Below, in pieces: positions 38,243 through 47,957 of a stretch of DNA of 64,000 nucleotides (position 1 is its first letter; each line of letters starts with the position of its first letter). A program made the position numbers and the translations under genes. Origin of the DNA: Candidatus Latescibacterota bacterium (GTDB lineage: Bacteria > Latescibacterota > UBA2968 > UBA8231); contig OY730476.1 in NCBI GenBank assembly GCA_963422735.1, forward strand, positions 384,001-448,000, written 5' to 3'. The notes under the pieces are model-generated. The model saw only the letters and a program-made list of their open reading frames with translations, ran no database searches and had not been told where the DNA came from.

Positions 38243-40363
38243 CTATGCCTTTTCCTTTTTATTATAAGGCAGCAAGAGCGCGAAGCAAGTGCCTTTGCCA
38301 ACGCGGCTTGTAACCTCTATGTGCCCGCCGATTTCTCGAAGCTGGTGCTGGGCAATGGCCAGCCCCAAGCCCGTGCCTTCTCCCGGAGCTTTGGTGGAAA
38401 AGAACGGCTCAAAGATGCGGGGGATTTGTTCTGGGTCAATCCCGGTGCCGGTGTCGCAGATTTTTATGGCGACGCCCCCCGGCTCGGGGCGGGTGCTCGC
38501 CTGCAAGCGGCCGCCTTGGGGCATGGCTTGGAAGGCGTTGCGGATGATGTTGAGGTAGATATCCTTGAGCATGTCGCGGTTTATGAGCGCGGGTGGCACC
38601 GGCTCAAACTGCCGCTCAATCGAGATGCCGAGGTGCTCGGCGTGTTGGGTCTCCAAGTCGAGCAACTGCCCCAGCACCTCGGCCGCGTCTATCTGCTCGA
38701 CTAGATGCTGGGCTGGTCGCGCGAAGTCGAGCAGGCTGCCGACGCGCTCGTCTATGCGGCGGATGGCCTCGCACATTATATGCAAGGTCTCGTCGCGCTC
38801 CTTTTCTTCTGTGGGATCCAACCGAGGTAGTAGGTCGCAGGTGTTCTGTATAATGGCGAGGGGATTTTTGATCTCGTGCGCTACGCCAGCGGCTACCTCC
38901 CCGAGCGCCGATAGCTTTTCGGCCTGCATGTAGTGCAGTTCGAGCAGGTGCTGCTGCGTCTGATCTTCAACGACGAGCAAGACCTTGCCGCGATGACCAT
39001 AGCTCAACTCGGCCTTGTGCAGGTTCCAGTGGTGCATAGTGCCCTCGGCATCCTCGATTGCGAGGGCATCAACTACTTGCAGGCTCGGGTGGGCCTTTAG
39101 CCAAGCGCGTATTTGGGCTCCGGCGTGGGTCGCGCTCAATGCGGCGTCCCGTTCCGGCAGCAGCAAGCTGGACCATACTTTGTTGCTCTGCACGATGCGG
39201 TACTCGGCGTCGAGCACGGCAATGGCGAGGGGGTTGTCCTCGATCAGATGGTGCTGCAAATCCAAGGTGCTCTCCAAGTCCCGCTGATGCGCGGTTAGCC
39301 CTTGGTCCATCTCGACAAAAGCGTTGGCTAGTTCGCCGATCTCATCTCGGCGCGTCACGGGCGTTCCTGTGAGAGGATAGCCGTTCCGGCGGCGACGCAC
39401 GGCGTGCGTAAGCAAGACGAGGGGCGCGACGACCGAGCTGCGCGTCAGCCCGCCCAAAATCAGCGCCCCTAGTGCAGAAAGCGCGATGATCGCATAGAAG
39501 GAGTACAGCACGACCGTGTACGGATCATACGCCTCGTCTGCGCGCTGTTCGATGGCGACGATCCAGCCCCAATCGCTCACCGGAGCAAAGCCCGTGACCC
39601 ACTCGGTGTCTCCCACATCGCGCCACAGGAGAATTCCCGCCGGTCCGCGCATGGCCTCTATATGTGGGTGGTGTCGCCACGTGTAGAAGGACTGGCGCGT
39701 AGGCCGGGCCAGATAGTGCCCATCCTCGGCGTGGATCAAGGTCGCGTAGCCGGTCCTGCCGATGCGGACGAGATTTATCTTTTGCCAGACTTGGTGAAAG
39801 TCAAGGCGAGCTATTAGGGCTTGGGGCGGTTGGTCGTCCCGTTCCACCGGTAGCGCGACAAAGAGCTTGGGCGTCTCCTTGAATTCTTCGATTAGGGCAA
39901 CGTATAGGCTGCCTGCTGCTACCTTAGCCCAGGCCGCATCCCAGTCGTAAGAAACAGGCAGCGCAACCGACGCGCTCGCGGCCCGTATTTGGTTTTGGGC
40001 GTCCACTAGGTAGAGTCCCTCCACTTCGCTAGATCCGAGCGCGACCTTTTTGAGCAAAGCGCGCCAATCCTGCGGCTCGGTTTCCACAGATCGTGCGAGG
40101 CTTTCCAAATTGAAGGCGACCGGGGAAAAGATGCGGGCGATTTCCTCGGCCGTGCGGTGCGCCATTTCGCGGCGGCTTTCTAGCACGGCCTCTTCTATGG
40201 CTTCGCGGGCCGCGTTCAACACGATGAGATCGACCAGCAACACGGGCACTAGCCCCAAGGCGAGGTAATAGCCCACCAGGCGCAGCCACAGCCGTTGCTT
40301 GGTACTGCGCCAGCTTTTAAGCCTCGCGGCCCAGGTCTTCAGGCTTGGGATCAGCCATCGCAT
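38243..40363 (-). CDS. Sensor histidine kinase (TM, Cache-like, TM, HAMP, PAS-like, HisKA, HATPase)
   Basis: RDEIGELANAF (HAMP), AHEIKNPL (H-box), DTGTGI, FEPFFSTK, GTGLGL. Confidence 0.93.
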   Translation of the reverse strand: MRWLIPSLKTWAARLKSWRSTKQRLWLRLVGYYLALGLVPVLLVDLIVLNAAREAIEEAVLESRREMAHRTAEEIARIFSPVAFNLESLARSVETEPQDWRALLKKVALGSSEVEGLYLVDAQNQIRAASASVALPVSYDWDAAWAKVAAGSLYVALIEEFKETPKLFVALPVERDDQPPQALIARLDFHQVWQKINLVRIGRTGYATLIHAEDGHYLARPTRQSFYTWRHHPHIEAMRGPAGILLWRDVGDTEWVTGFAPVSDWGWIVAIEQRADEAYDPYTVVLYSFYAIIALSALGALILGGLTRSSVVAPLVLLTHAVRRRRNGYPLTGTPVTRRDEIGELANAFVEMDQGLTAHQRDLESTLDLQHHLIEDNPLAIAVLDAEYRIVQSNKVWSSLLLPERDAALSATHAGAQIRAWLKAHPSLQVVDALAIEDAEGTMHHWNLHKAELSYGHRGKVLLVVEDQTQQHLLELHYMQAEKLSALGEVAAGVAHEIKNPLAIIQNTCDLLPRLDPTEEKERDETLHIMCEAIRRIDERVGSLLDFARPAQHLVEQIDAAEVLGQLLDLETQHAEHLGISIERQFEPVPPALINRDMLKDIYLNIIRNAFQAMPQGGRLQASTRPEPGGVAIKICDTGTGIDPEQIPRIFEPFFSTKAPGEGTGLGLAIAQHQLREIGGHIEVTSRVGKGTCFALLLPYNKKEKA

Positions 40364-40410
40364 GTTGAAAAAGCCGCTTTCTCCATTCCTCACCCCGGCG
40401 TTGCAGTGCT

Positions 40411-41181
40411 TCAGCGACCGACGACAGCGGCCGAGAAGGTGAGGATGCCGAAACGGGTGGCGCGGTGGAAGTCGGCCGTGGGTGTGCCGGTGTCGGACCA
40501 CAGCCCAAATTGGCCTTGGTAGCCCTTAGTGCGGTTCAGTCCAGCGCGCCATTGGTCGCCGTCTTGGGGCGGGATTTGTCCACCCAAGTGGCGGAAGTTG
40601 TCGTGGGGGATGGCGATTTCGAGAATCCAGCTTTGGTCGGTGTCCGAGTGGTCGTTGAGGGTGCCGTCGTAGGTCGTGGCCATGAAGACGCCTTCGCTCT
40701 GCCAGGACGAGTGAATGGCCTTGGTGCGCTCCTTGCCGCCGCGAAAGGCGATATAATCGAGCAGCGTGCCGTTGATGTTCATCTCATAGCCATAGTAGTT
40801 GCCGGGGGCCGCTGCGTTGGGCGTGGCGAAAATCTCGACCGCGTCCTCTTGGTACACCGGCCCATCGTGCTCGGTTACTTCTGAATGCAGATACGGATCG
40901 ACGCACTCGTAGATGATGTAGAGATTGTCGTCGTCCCACAGCAAGCGGGCAGTCGTAGATTGCGGTTCCTCTTTTTCGAGGTCGCTCCAAGGCATGACAA
41001 AGGCGATGGGCGCGGCATGCTGCCAGTCGGCTTCGGCTAGGCGGCCATCGACTTGGATCCCTTGGTCGGTACGAAGGACTTGGTACGTGGGTAGCTCAGC
41101 AGGCGGGGCCTGGAAGCGGGTAGTCTCTTGGGTGCTGGCGGGACCAGCGAGGGCGAGGGCGAAGAGCAAGCTGTAGAGCAT
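40411..41181 (-). CDS. Secreted carbohydrate-binding family 9-like (DOMON-like) protein
   Basis: Signal peptide; VDGRLAEADW, TTARLLWDDDNLY, DAVEIF, WILEIAIP. Confidence 0.8.
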   Translation of the reverse strand: MLYSLLFALALAGPASTQETTRFQAPPAELPTYQVLRTDQGIQVDGRLAEADWQHAAPIAFVMPWSDLEKEEPQSTTARLLWDDDNLYIIYECVDPYLHSEVTEHDGPVYQEDAVEIFATPNAAAPGNYYGYEMNINGTLLDYIAFRGGKERTKAIHSSWQSEGVFMATTYDGTLNDHSDTDQSWILEIAIPHDNFRHLGGQIPPQDGDQWRAGLNRTKGYQGQFGLWSDTGTPTADFHRATRFGILTFSAAVVGR

Positions 41182-41207
41182 GGTCAATCCTTTCCGTGGT
41201 GATTGGG

Positions 41208-41735
41208 TCAATCCTCGTGCAGAGAGGGGCTTTCACCGCGAGAGAACGCCTTGGCGATCTGGTCGCAGCGTTCGTTGTCTGGGTCGCCAGCGTGGCCTTG
41301 GGTGTGCTGCCACTGGACGGCAGGCGTATTGAGTTGGTCTAGGATGCGCCACAGGTCTTGGTTGATTACGGGCTTTTGGGCTGCTGTGTGCCAGCCCCGC
41401 CGCTTCCAACCGTGAATCCACTCGGTAATGCCCTTGCGCAGGTACTCGCTGTCTGTAACGAGCGTGATTGGGGCGTCGGATGGGGCGGCTTTTAGACCTT
41501 CGATGGCCGCTTGCAGCTCCATGCGGTTGTTGGTCGTCTCCGGGGCAAAGCCACCCAGCTCCACGACGCGGCCATCGCCGTAGAGCAACCGCGCCGCCCA
41601 GCCGCCTCGCCCTGGGTTGAACGAACAGGCCCCGTCGGTGAAAATGGTCAGTGTTTGTGCGGGGTTGAATTGCTGTTGTATCACAGAGATTGCCTTTATT
41701 AAGAGTGCATCGCTAGTTTTGCTACGATAAAACAT
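41208..41735 (-). CDS. rnhA: Ribonuclease HI (true start may be GTG at 41684)
   Basis: FTDGACSFNPG, TTNNRMEL, TDSEY, NQDLW, GHAG...NERCD. Confidence 0.95.
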   Translation of the reverse strand: MFYRSKTSDALLIKAISVIQQQFNPAQTLTIFTDGACSFNPGRGGWAARLLYGDGRVVELGGFAPETTNNRMELQAAIEGLKAAPSDAPITLVTDSEYLRKGITEWIHGWKRRGWHTAAQKPVINQDLWRILDQLNTPAVQWQHTQGHAGDPDNERCDQIAKAFSRGESPSLHED

Positions 41736-41924
41736 GGCGCGGATGGGGGCAATTGAAGCGGGTATTTATGGTGCTTTGCTGCCGTAGGTGCCGGTCCTAT
41801 TGATGCCCAGATTGCCTTTACTAGGCCGTAAAGCACCAACCTTGAGGCATAGGAGGCTTCAGCCCTCGCGTAGAGCACCGCACAAGAGGTTGTGAACGCG
41901 AGCATAAACGCTATTTTTCTGCAC

Positions 41925-42093
41925 GCTGTCGTAGCTCGGATGGGATCGGACGAAAGGCTCGGGTCAGCAGGTTTGAAGCCTGCCTCCGCTGATGCGGGGA
42001 CCCGGTTTCGTTCTTAGGTGGGCCCCGTCAATCGAGGAGTGGTAAAGCGGAAGAAGCTGACCACAATGCCACAACAGGCACTCAGGCGATAGC
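41925..42093. ncRNA. Possible structured ncRNA (long irregular hairpin, 6S-like size)
   Basis: Nested stems GCTGTCG/CGATAGC, GGTCAGC/GCTGACC, CTCC/GGAG, CGGGG/CCCCG in intergenic DNA; no family motif recognised. Confidence 0.3.
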
Positions 42094-42170
42094 ATACGCG
42101 AGCAATTTTGGTGTGGGATAGCACACCAAAGGTGTGAGACCTTATCTGAACCTTAGAAAGAAAATGCAAC

Positions 42171-43565
42171 ATGGCAGCGTATGATGTGGTAGTTATCGGC
42201 GGCGGCCCAGGGGGCTATTCAGCCGCCATTCGCGCGCGGCAGTTGGGGTTAAAAACCGCGCTGATTGAGGACGCCGAGTTGGGCGGCACCTGTCTCAATT
42301 GGGGCTGCATTCCCACCAAAGCCCTGCTCAAGCAAGCCGAAGTGTACCAGCTTTTCTTGCGTGCCGAGGAGTTCGGCCTGCGCGTCGATAAGCCGACCGT
42401 GGATTGGGATGCGGTCATTGGGCGGAGCCGTCAAGTCGCCGCGCAGTTGTCCAAAGGCGTGGCCTATCTGATGCAGAAGAATCAGGTCGAGGTGTTCGCC
42501 GGAAGAGGTCGGCTGACGCCCAGCCGTCAAGTCGCGGTCGAGGACGCCGAGGGCGAGATCGTGGCCGAGTTGGACGCCGCGCACGTGGTGTTGGCCACCG
42601 GCGGCCGCCCCAAATCCATTCCGGGCGTGGAATTCGACGGCGAGCGCATCATCGCCAGCCGCGAGGCCATGGTCGTCCCCGCGCAGCCGGCTTCCCTCGC
42701 CATCATCGGGGCCGGGGCCATCGGCGTAGAATTCGCCTATTTCTATCGGGCCTTTGGCAGCCGCGTCTTGCTCTTGGAAGCCCTGCCCCAGATATTGCCG
42801 CGCGAAGACGAAGAGATCGCCGCGGGGCTAGCCGAGCACTTGACACAGCAGGGGATCGAAGTGGTGACCAAAACCCGGGTCGAGGAAGTCAAAAGGCAAA
42901 AGCGCGGGGTCGAGTTGCGCTATCGGGTCGGCGAACAGCAGCAGACGCGGAGCGTAGAGCATGTGCTGGTTGCCACCGGGGTCCAGGGCAATATCGAAGG
43001 GCTGGGGCTGGAAGCTGTGGGCGTCCGCACCCGCGATGGCGCGATTGTGGTTGATGAGCGGATGCAGACCAGTGCCAAGGGCATCTACGCGATTGGCGAC
43101 GTGGCCGGCCCGCCGCTGTTGGCGCACGCGGCCGCGCAGGAAGGAATTGCGGCCGTCGAGTTTATAGCTGGCCGCGACCGGCCCACCCTCGACCCGCGCC
43201 AAGTGCCCAACTGCATTTATTGCCAGCCGCAAGTGGCCAGCGTCGGCCTGAGCGAAAGCCAAGCGCGCGAAGCCGGGTACGACGTCAAGGTCGGGCGCTT
43301 TCCGTTTGCCGCTAGCGGCAAGGGACAAGCGGCGGGGGAGACCGAGGGGCTGGTCAAGCTAATTTTTGACGTGCGCTACGGCGAGTTGTTGGGCGGGGCC
43401 ATTTTAGGGGCCGAGGCTACGGAATTAATCGCCGAGTTGACGTTGGCCCTCCGGCTCGAAGCCACGTATGAAGAGCTTTTGTGTACCATGCACGCCCATC
43501 CGACGCTGTCCGAGGCCGTGATGGAAGCAGCCGGACAGGCGTTTGGCGAGGCTATTAATTACTAG
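42171..43565 (+). CDS. lpdA: Dihydrolipoyl dehydrogenase
   Basis: GGGPGG, GGTCLNWGCIPTK, HAHPTLSE. Confidence 0.96.
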   Translation: MAAYDVVVIGGGPGGYSAAIRARQLGLKTALIEDAELGGTCLNWGCIPTKALLKQAEVYQLFLRAEEFGLRVDKPTVDWDAVIGRSRQVAAQLSKGVAYLMQKNQVEVFAGRGRLTPSRQVAVEDAEGEIVAELDAAHVVLATGGRPKSIPGVEFDGERIIASREAMVVPAQPASLAIIGAGAIGVEFAYFYRAFGSRVLLLEALPQILPREDEEIAAGLAEHLTQQGIEVVTKTRVEEVKRQKRGVELRYRVGEQQQTRSVEHVLVATGVQGNIEGLGLEAVGVRTRDGAIVVDERMQTSAKGIYAIGDVAGPPLLAHAAAQEGIAAVEFIAGRDRPTLDPRQVPNCIYCQPQVASVGLSESQAREAGYDVKVGRFPFAASGKGQAAGETEGLVKLIFDVRYGELLGGAILGAEATELIAELTLALRLEATYEELLCTMHAHPTLSEAVMEAAGQAFGEAINY

Positions 43566-43574
43566 GAATTGGGA

Positions 43575-44798
43575 ATGGGGAATGTAGGGTCGCGTGATAT
43601 AGAGGCCCCGGTGCTCCCACCGCTGGATCAGCTTTTGCCGGCTGAGCCGCCGCTTTTGATGGGGGCTGGGCCGGTGCCGGTGGCGGCGGAGGTCGCGCGT
43701 GCGGGTGGCATGGTCATCAACCACTTGGGGCCGACGATGGATCGGCTGGTGGAGCACATCAAGCAGTTGGCGAGCTATGCCTTTCAGACGGCCGACGAGC
43801 ACATCTTGGGGGTTGGGGGGCCGGCGTCGGCAGCTATGGAGATGGCGATGGGCAATCTGCTTTGGCCGGGCCGCCGCGCCTTGGTGCTGCAAAACGGTTG
43901 GTTCAGCGGGCGCTTTGCCGAAATGGCGAGCGGCGTGGGAGCCGAGGTCGAAGTGCTGGCCGTACCAGAAGGGCAAGCCGTCTGCGCCGAGCGCGTCGCC
44001 GAGCGCCTCAAGAGTCAGCACTTCGACGTGGTGACGATGGTGCAGGGCGAGACCTCCAGCGGCGTTTGCACGGTGGAGCTACCGGCGATTGCCCGCTTGT
44101 GCCGCGAGCACGGAGCACTAGCGGTCATCGATGCGGTTTGCACCTTGAGCACCATGCCATTGGCAAAGGACGCTTGGGGCGTTGACGTGGTCCTCACAGG
44201 CAGCCAGAAGGGCCTGTCGTCGCTGCCAGGCGTGGCGCTGATTGCCTTTTCCGACGCAGCTTGGAAGCAGGTGCAGCAGCACCCCGGCCCTAGGCCGCAT
44301 TGGTGCTTGGACGCCCTGCGGGCGCAAAACTTTTGGCAGCAGCACCAATACCATTACACCGCGCCGGTCTCCGGTCTGTTGGCCCTGCACGAGGCCCTGC
44401 GGCTGGTCTGCGAGGAGACGCTAGAGCGCCGCTTTGCACGGCATCGGCACTCGTCGCTGGCTCTGCAAGCCGGCATCGAGCAGATGGGGCTTGAGTTGGC
44501 TGCACCGCACGCTATTCGCCTCAACTCGGTGGTGGCAATCCAAGTGCCCGCTGGGGTAAATAACGCCCGAGTCCGCGCCGATATGTCGAGCCGTTTCCAC
44601 GTCGAAATCTCCGGAGCCTTTGGCCTCGACATCGTGCGCATCGGCCAGATGGGCGAGCAGTGCCGAGCACCTCATCTGTTCCGCGTGTTGCACGCCTTGG
44701 GCGGTGCTTTAGCACGCGAGGGGGCAGCCGTGGACACCAGCGCAGGGATGGCGGCGTTGGAAAGCTGTTTGGCAGGTTACGGCGGCGATGTACTTTAG
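43575..44798 (+). CDS. Class V PLP aminotransferase (alanine-glyoxylate/serine-pyruvate type)
   Basis: LLMGAGP, ETSSG, IDAV, GSQKGL, RIGQMG. Confidence 0.88.
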   Translation: MGNVGSRDIEAPVLPPLDQLLPAEPPLLMGAGPVPVAAEVARAGGMVINHLGPTMDRLVEHIKQLASYAFQTADEHILGVGGPASAAMEMAMGNLLWPGRRALVLQNGWFSGRFAEMASGVGAEVEVLAVPEGQAVCAERVAERLKSQHFDVVTMVQGETSSGVCTVELPAIARLCREHGALAVIDAVCTLSTMPLAKDAWGVDVVLTGSQKGLSSLPGVALIAFSDAAWKQVQQHPGPRPHWCLDALRAQNFWQQHQYHYTAPVSGLLALHEALRLVCEETLERRFARHRHSSLALQAGIEQMGLELAAPHAIRLNSVVAIQVPAGVNNARVRADMSSRFHVEISGAFGLDIVRIGQMGEQCRAPHLFRVLHALGGALAREGAAVDTSAGMAALESCLAGYGGDVL

Positions 44799-44814
44799 AA
44801 AAGACGAGGAGGAC

Positions 44815-45909
44815 ATGGACTACCCAACCTACGAAAGCCTCGGCGTACGCCCCCTGATCAACTGTCAGGGGACCTATACCATCATCAGCGGCTCGCTGAT
44901 TTTACCGCAGGTGCGGCAGGCCATGGTCGCAGCCTCCAAGCAATACGTCCACCTCGACGAGCTGATGAAGGCCGTCGGTGCGCGCATCGGCGAGTTGATG
45001 CAGTGCGAGTGGGGGCTTGTTACCAATGGTTGCGCCGCGGCCCTGTGCCAAGTTACGGCCGCTTGCGTGGCCGGCACGGATCCCGAGAAAATGGCGCGGT
45101 TGCCCGACACTACGGGCATGAAAAACCAAGTCATCGTCCAGCCGAGCCACCGCCACGTGTACGATCACGCCGTGCGCATGGTCGGCGTCGAAATGGTCGA
45201 GGTCGCCACGCACGCCGCGCTCGATGCGGCCTTGTCGGACCGCACGGCCATGCTCTTGGTGTTTGGCGATGCGGCCGAGCGGGGCCAGATCTCGGTGGCG
45301 GATATGGCAGCGGCCGGTAAGCGGCACGGCGTACCGACCTTTGTCGATGCAGCCGCCGAGCGGCCGGATGCGCCCAACTGGTATCTGGAGCAAGGGGCCG
45401 ATGCGGTGGCGTATTCAGGTGGCAAGTGCTTGCGCGGCCCGCAGGCGTCGGGCTTGGTTTTGGGGCGCAAGGACCTGTTGCAGGCGGCCTTCCTCAACGG
45501 GGCACCGCACCACGCGCTGGGGAGGCCGATGAAGGCGGGCAAGGAAGAAGTTATGGGGCTGTTGGCGGCGGTGGAGCAGTGGGTGGTGCGCGACCACGCA
45601 GCCGAGTGGCGGGAGTGGGAGCGGCGCTTGGCGGTGATAGCGGCGGCGGTGGCACCGTTTCCCTCGGTGGCGACGCAGGTCCATCAGCCTGGGCGATCGA
45701 ATGTTGCGCCGAATTTGGCGGTGCGCTGGGATCGAGAGCGGCTAGCCCTCAGCGGCCACGAGCTGGCGCGCCAACTCGCGGCTGGCCAACCGCGGATCGA
45801 GATTTCCGCCCACGAGAGCGGCTTTGGGATCAACCCCTATATGATGGAGCTCGGCGAGGAAGACATCGTGGCGCGGCGGGTGAGCGAGGCTTTGGCCGCG
45901 GTCTGCTGA
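44815..45909 (+). CDS. SelA-like PLP-dependent transferase (DgaE-like)
   Basis: GVRPLINCQGTYT, VDAAAE, YSGGKCLRGPQASG, GRPMKAGKEE. Confidence 0.8.
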   Translation: MDYPTYESLGVRPLINCQGTYTIISGSLILPQVRQAMVAASKQYVHLDELMKAVGARIGELMQCEWGLVTNGCAAALCQVTAACVAGTDPEKMARLPDTTGMKNQVIVQPSHRHVYDHAVRMVGVEMVEVATHAALDAALSDRTAMLLVFGDAAERGQISVADMAAAGKRHGVPTFVDAAAERPDAPNWYLEQGADAVAYSGGKCLRGPQASGLVLGRKDLLQAAFLNGAPHHALGRPMKAGKEEVMGLLAAVEQWVVRDHAAEWREWERRLAVIAAAVAPFPSVATQVHQPGRSNVAPNLAVRWDRERLALSGHELARQLAAGQPRIEISAHESGFGINPYMMELGEEDIVARRVSEALAAVC

Positions 45910-45914
45910 GTTCT

Positions 45915-47957
45915 TCAATTCGGTCGCTCGCCCCGGCGCAGGGCCACAGACAGCGGCTGAACCCGGTCCTTGTTGGGCGTCGAGCGCACCTTGCCGGTGC
46001 GGGGATCCACGCTGTAGATTTTCACGTCTTCGGGCACGTCAAAATCCTTTTCTGGCCGCCCCTCGTTTACCGCGATCATAAAATCCGTCCAGATAGGCAC
46101 GGCACCATTGCCGCCGGTGATTTGCATCCCGCGCGTATCCACCAACTTATGGGTGCGGCGGTCGTCAAACCCTACCCAGACGCTGGCGATTAAGTCTGGA
46201 GTGAAGCCGGTGAACCAAGCGTCGGTATTGTCATTGGTCGTGCCGGTCTTGCCGGCGGCCGGCCGCGCAAAGCCGCGTTTGCGCACTTGGTGGCCGGTGC
46301 CGCGATCGACGGTCTGGCGCAAGAGGTGGACCATCTGCGCGGCGAGGTCGGGCGCGATGGCTTGGCGGATCTGCGGCTGGTGGGTAAAGATCGGCTGGTC
46401 GTCGGCATCGACTATCCGCTCTATCAAGACCGGCGCGACCTGCAAGCCGTAGTTGGCGAAAGCCCCGTACGCTGCGGCCATTTCCAACACGGTGACTTCG
46501 GCAACGCCCAAGGCAATGCTCTTGTACGCTCCTATTGGCCCGGCAAAACCCAAGCGGTGAGACACCTCGACGACGCGGGCCGGACTAACGCGCTCGGAGA
46601 TTTGTATGGCCGTGGAGTTGGCCGAGCGGACTAAGGCCCACGCCGCGGTCGTCTGCCCCAAGTAGCGGCCGCCGTAGTTGCGCGGTTGCCACTTTTGCCC
46701 GTTGACGATATAGGTGCGCCGCTGGTCGTTAAAGACGGTGACCGGACTAATTTTGCTCGCTTCTAAAGCCGCTAGATAGGCTATTGGCTTAAAGCCGGAG
46801 CCGGGCTGGCGGCGGGCGGTGAGGGCCCGGTTGTAGTAGCTGACGAAAATGTCCCGGCCCCCGACCATGGCCAGCACTTTCCCGGTCGGCGACAGGCACA
46901 CCAACGCGCCTTGGATGTAGTCCGGACGCTCGGCCATGGACGCTTCCGAATAGGGCTTAAACCCCAGCCGCTCATCCAACTCGACCATCCCCTTGGCCAC
47001 GGCGGCTTCGGCCGCTTCTTGCATCGCAATATCCAAGGTAGTATAGACCTTCAAGCTCCCGTAGTGCAGGGCTGTCGGCCCCCACTGCCGGACGATTTCC
47101 GCGTTGATGGCTTCGACCCAGTAGGGCACTGGGTTGCGGGGCGGGTAGCCGGGGTCAATAAGGTCTTCGGCTCGGAGAGCGGCGCATTCCCGGCGCGTCT
47201 CCAGGTCGAGAAAGCCGCTGGCGACCATGCGGTCGAGCACGTGTTGCAGCCGGGCGGTGGCCCGTTGGGGGTGCCGCAGGGGATTGTACTTGGTTGGGGC
47301 GTTGACCTGGCCGATGAGCATGGCAGCACGGGGCAGGCTCAGCGAGTCTGGGGTCGTGTTGAAGAAGGTGGCCGCGGCGTCGTGGATGCCATAGGCGTTG
47401 GTGCCATAGAAGACCTCGTTGAGGTACAGCTCTAGGAGGCGATCTTTGTACGCCGGGTGGCCATAGGCGTTGGTGTCTGGGTACGAAGCGGCAAAAAACG
47501 CCTCTAGCTGCACGGCGAGGAGGGCTTCGGACAGCTTGCGCTCAAAGGTCTTTTTTGGCGAAAAGAACAGGCGCTTGACAAGCTGCTGGGTCAAAGTGCT
47601 GCCTCCGCGAGTGAGGCTGCCCTTTAGCAGGTTGTCGCGGATCGCGCCGACAATGGCCGTCAGGTCGATGCCTCGGTGTCGGTAAAAGTGCGCGTCTTCG
47701 GTGGCGATGAGTGCTTTTACCACGTGGGGGCTAATGTGTTCGAGGGGCACCCATTGGCGGCTCTGATTGAAGGTGTAGATGCGCTCGCCAGAAGCCGCGT
47801 ACATCTCCGTACCGGGGCGGATGCCCAACTCGCGCGGGTCGGTGGGCAGGCTGGGCAAGTTCGGGGCCATGCGCCAGATGGCGTAGCCCACTCCCAGTCC
47901 GGCCGCCAAGACGAGGGGCACGGTCAGGACCGCGCCGATGAGCAGCGGGCGTCTCAC
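45915..47957 (-). CDS. Class A penicillin-binding protein (PBP1A family)
   Basis: ATEDAHFY, GGSTLTQQL, RKLSE; transpeptidase motifs SGFK, SAN, KTG. Confidence 0.93.
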   Translation of the reverse strand: MRRPLLIGAVLTVPLVLAAGLGVGYAIWRMAPNLPSLPTDPRELGIRPGTEMYAASGERIYTFNQSRQWVPLEHISPHVVKALIATEDAHFYRHRGIDLTAIVGAIRDNLLKGSLTRGGSTLTQQLVKRLFFSPKKTFERKLSEALLAVQLEAFFAASYPDTNAYGHPAYKDRLLELYLNEVFYGTNAYGIHDAAATFFNTTPDSLSLPRAAMLIGQVNAPTKYNPLRHPQRATARLQHVLDRMVASGFLDLETRRECAALRAEDLIDPGYPPRNPVPYWVEAINAEIVRQWGPTALHYGSLKVYTTLDIAMQEAAEAAVAKGMVELDERLGFKPYSEASMAERPDYIQGALVCLSPTGKVLAMVGGRDIFVSYYNRALTARRQPGSGFKPIAYLAALEASKISPVTVFNDQRRTYIVNGQKWQPRNYGGRYLGQTTAAWALVRSANSTAIQISERVSPARVVEVSHRLGFAGPIGAYKSIALGVAEVTVLEMAAAYGAFANYGLQVAPVLIERIVDADDQPIFTHQPQIRQAIAPDLAAQMVHLLRQTVDRGTGHQVRKRGFARPAAGKTGTTNDNTDAWFTGFTPDLIASVWVGFDDRRTHKLVDTRGMQITGGNGAVPIWTDFMIAVNEGRPEKDFDVPEDVKIYSVDPRTGKVRSTPNKDRVQPLSVALRRGERPN

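Noticed and set aside
41966-41985. Minus-strand GCAGG-CTTCAAA-CCTGC resembling a tRNA-Sec anticodon arm, with a SelA-like gene nearby
   Set aside because: No pairing T-arm or acceptor stem could be built; 44815-45909 looks like a SelA-like paralogue rather than true SelA
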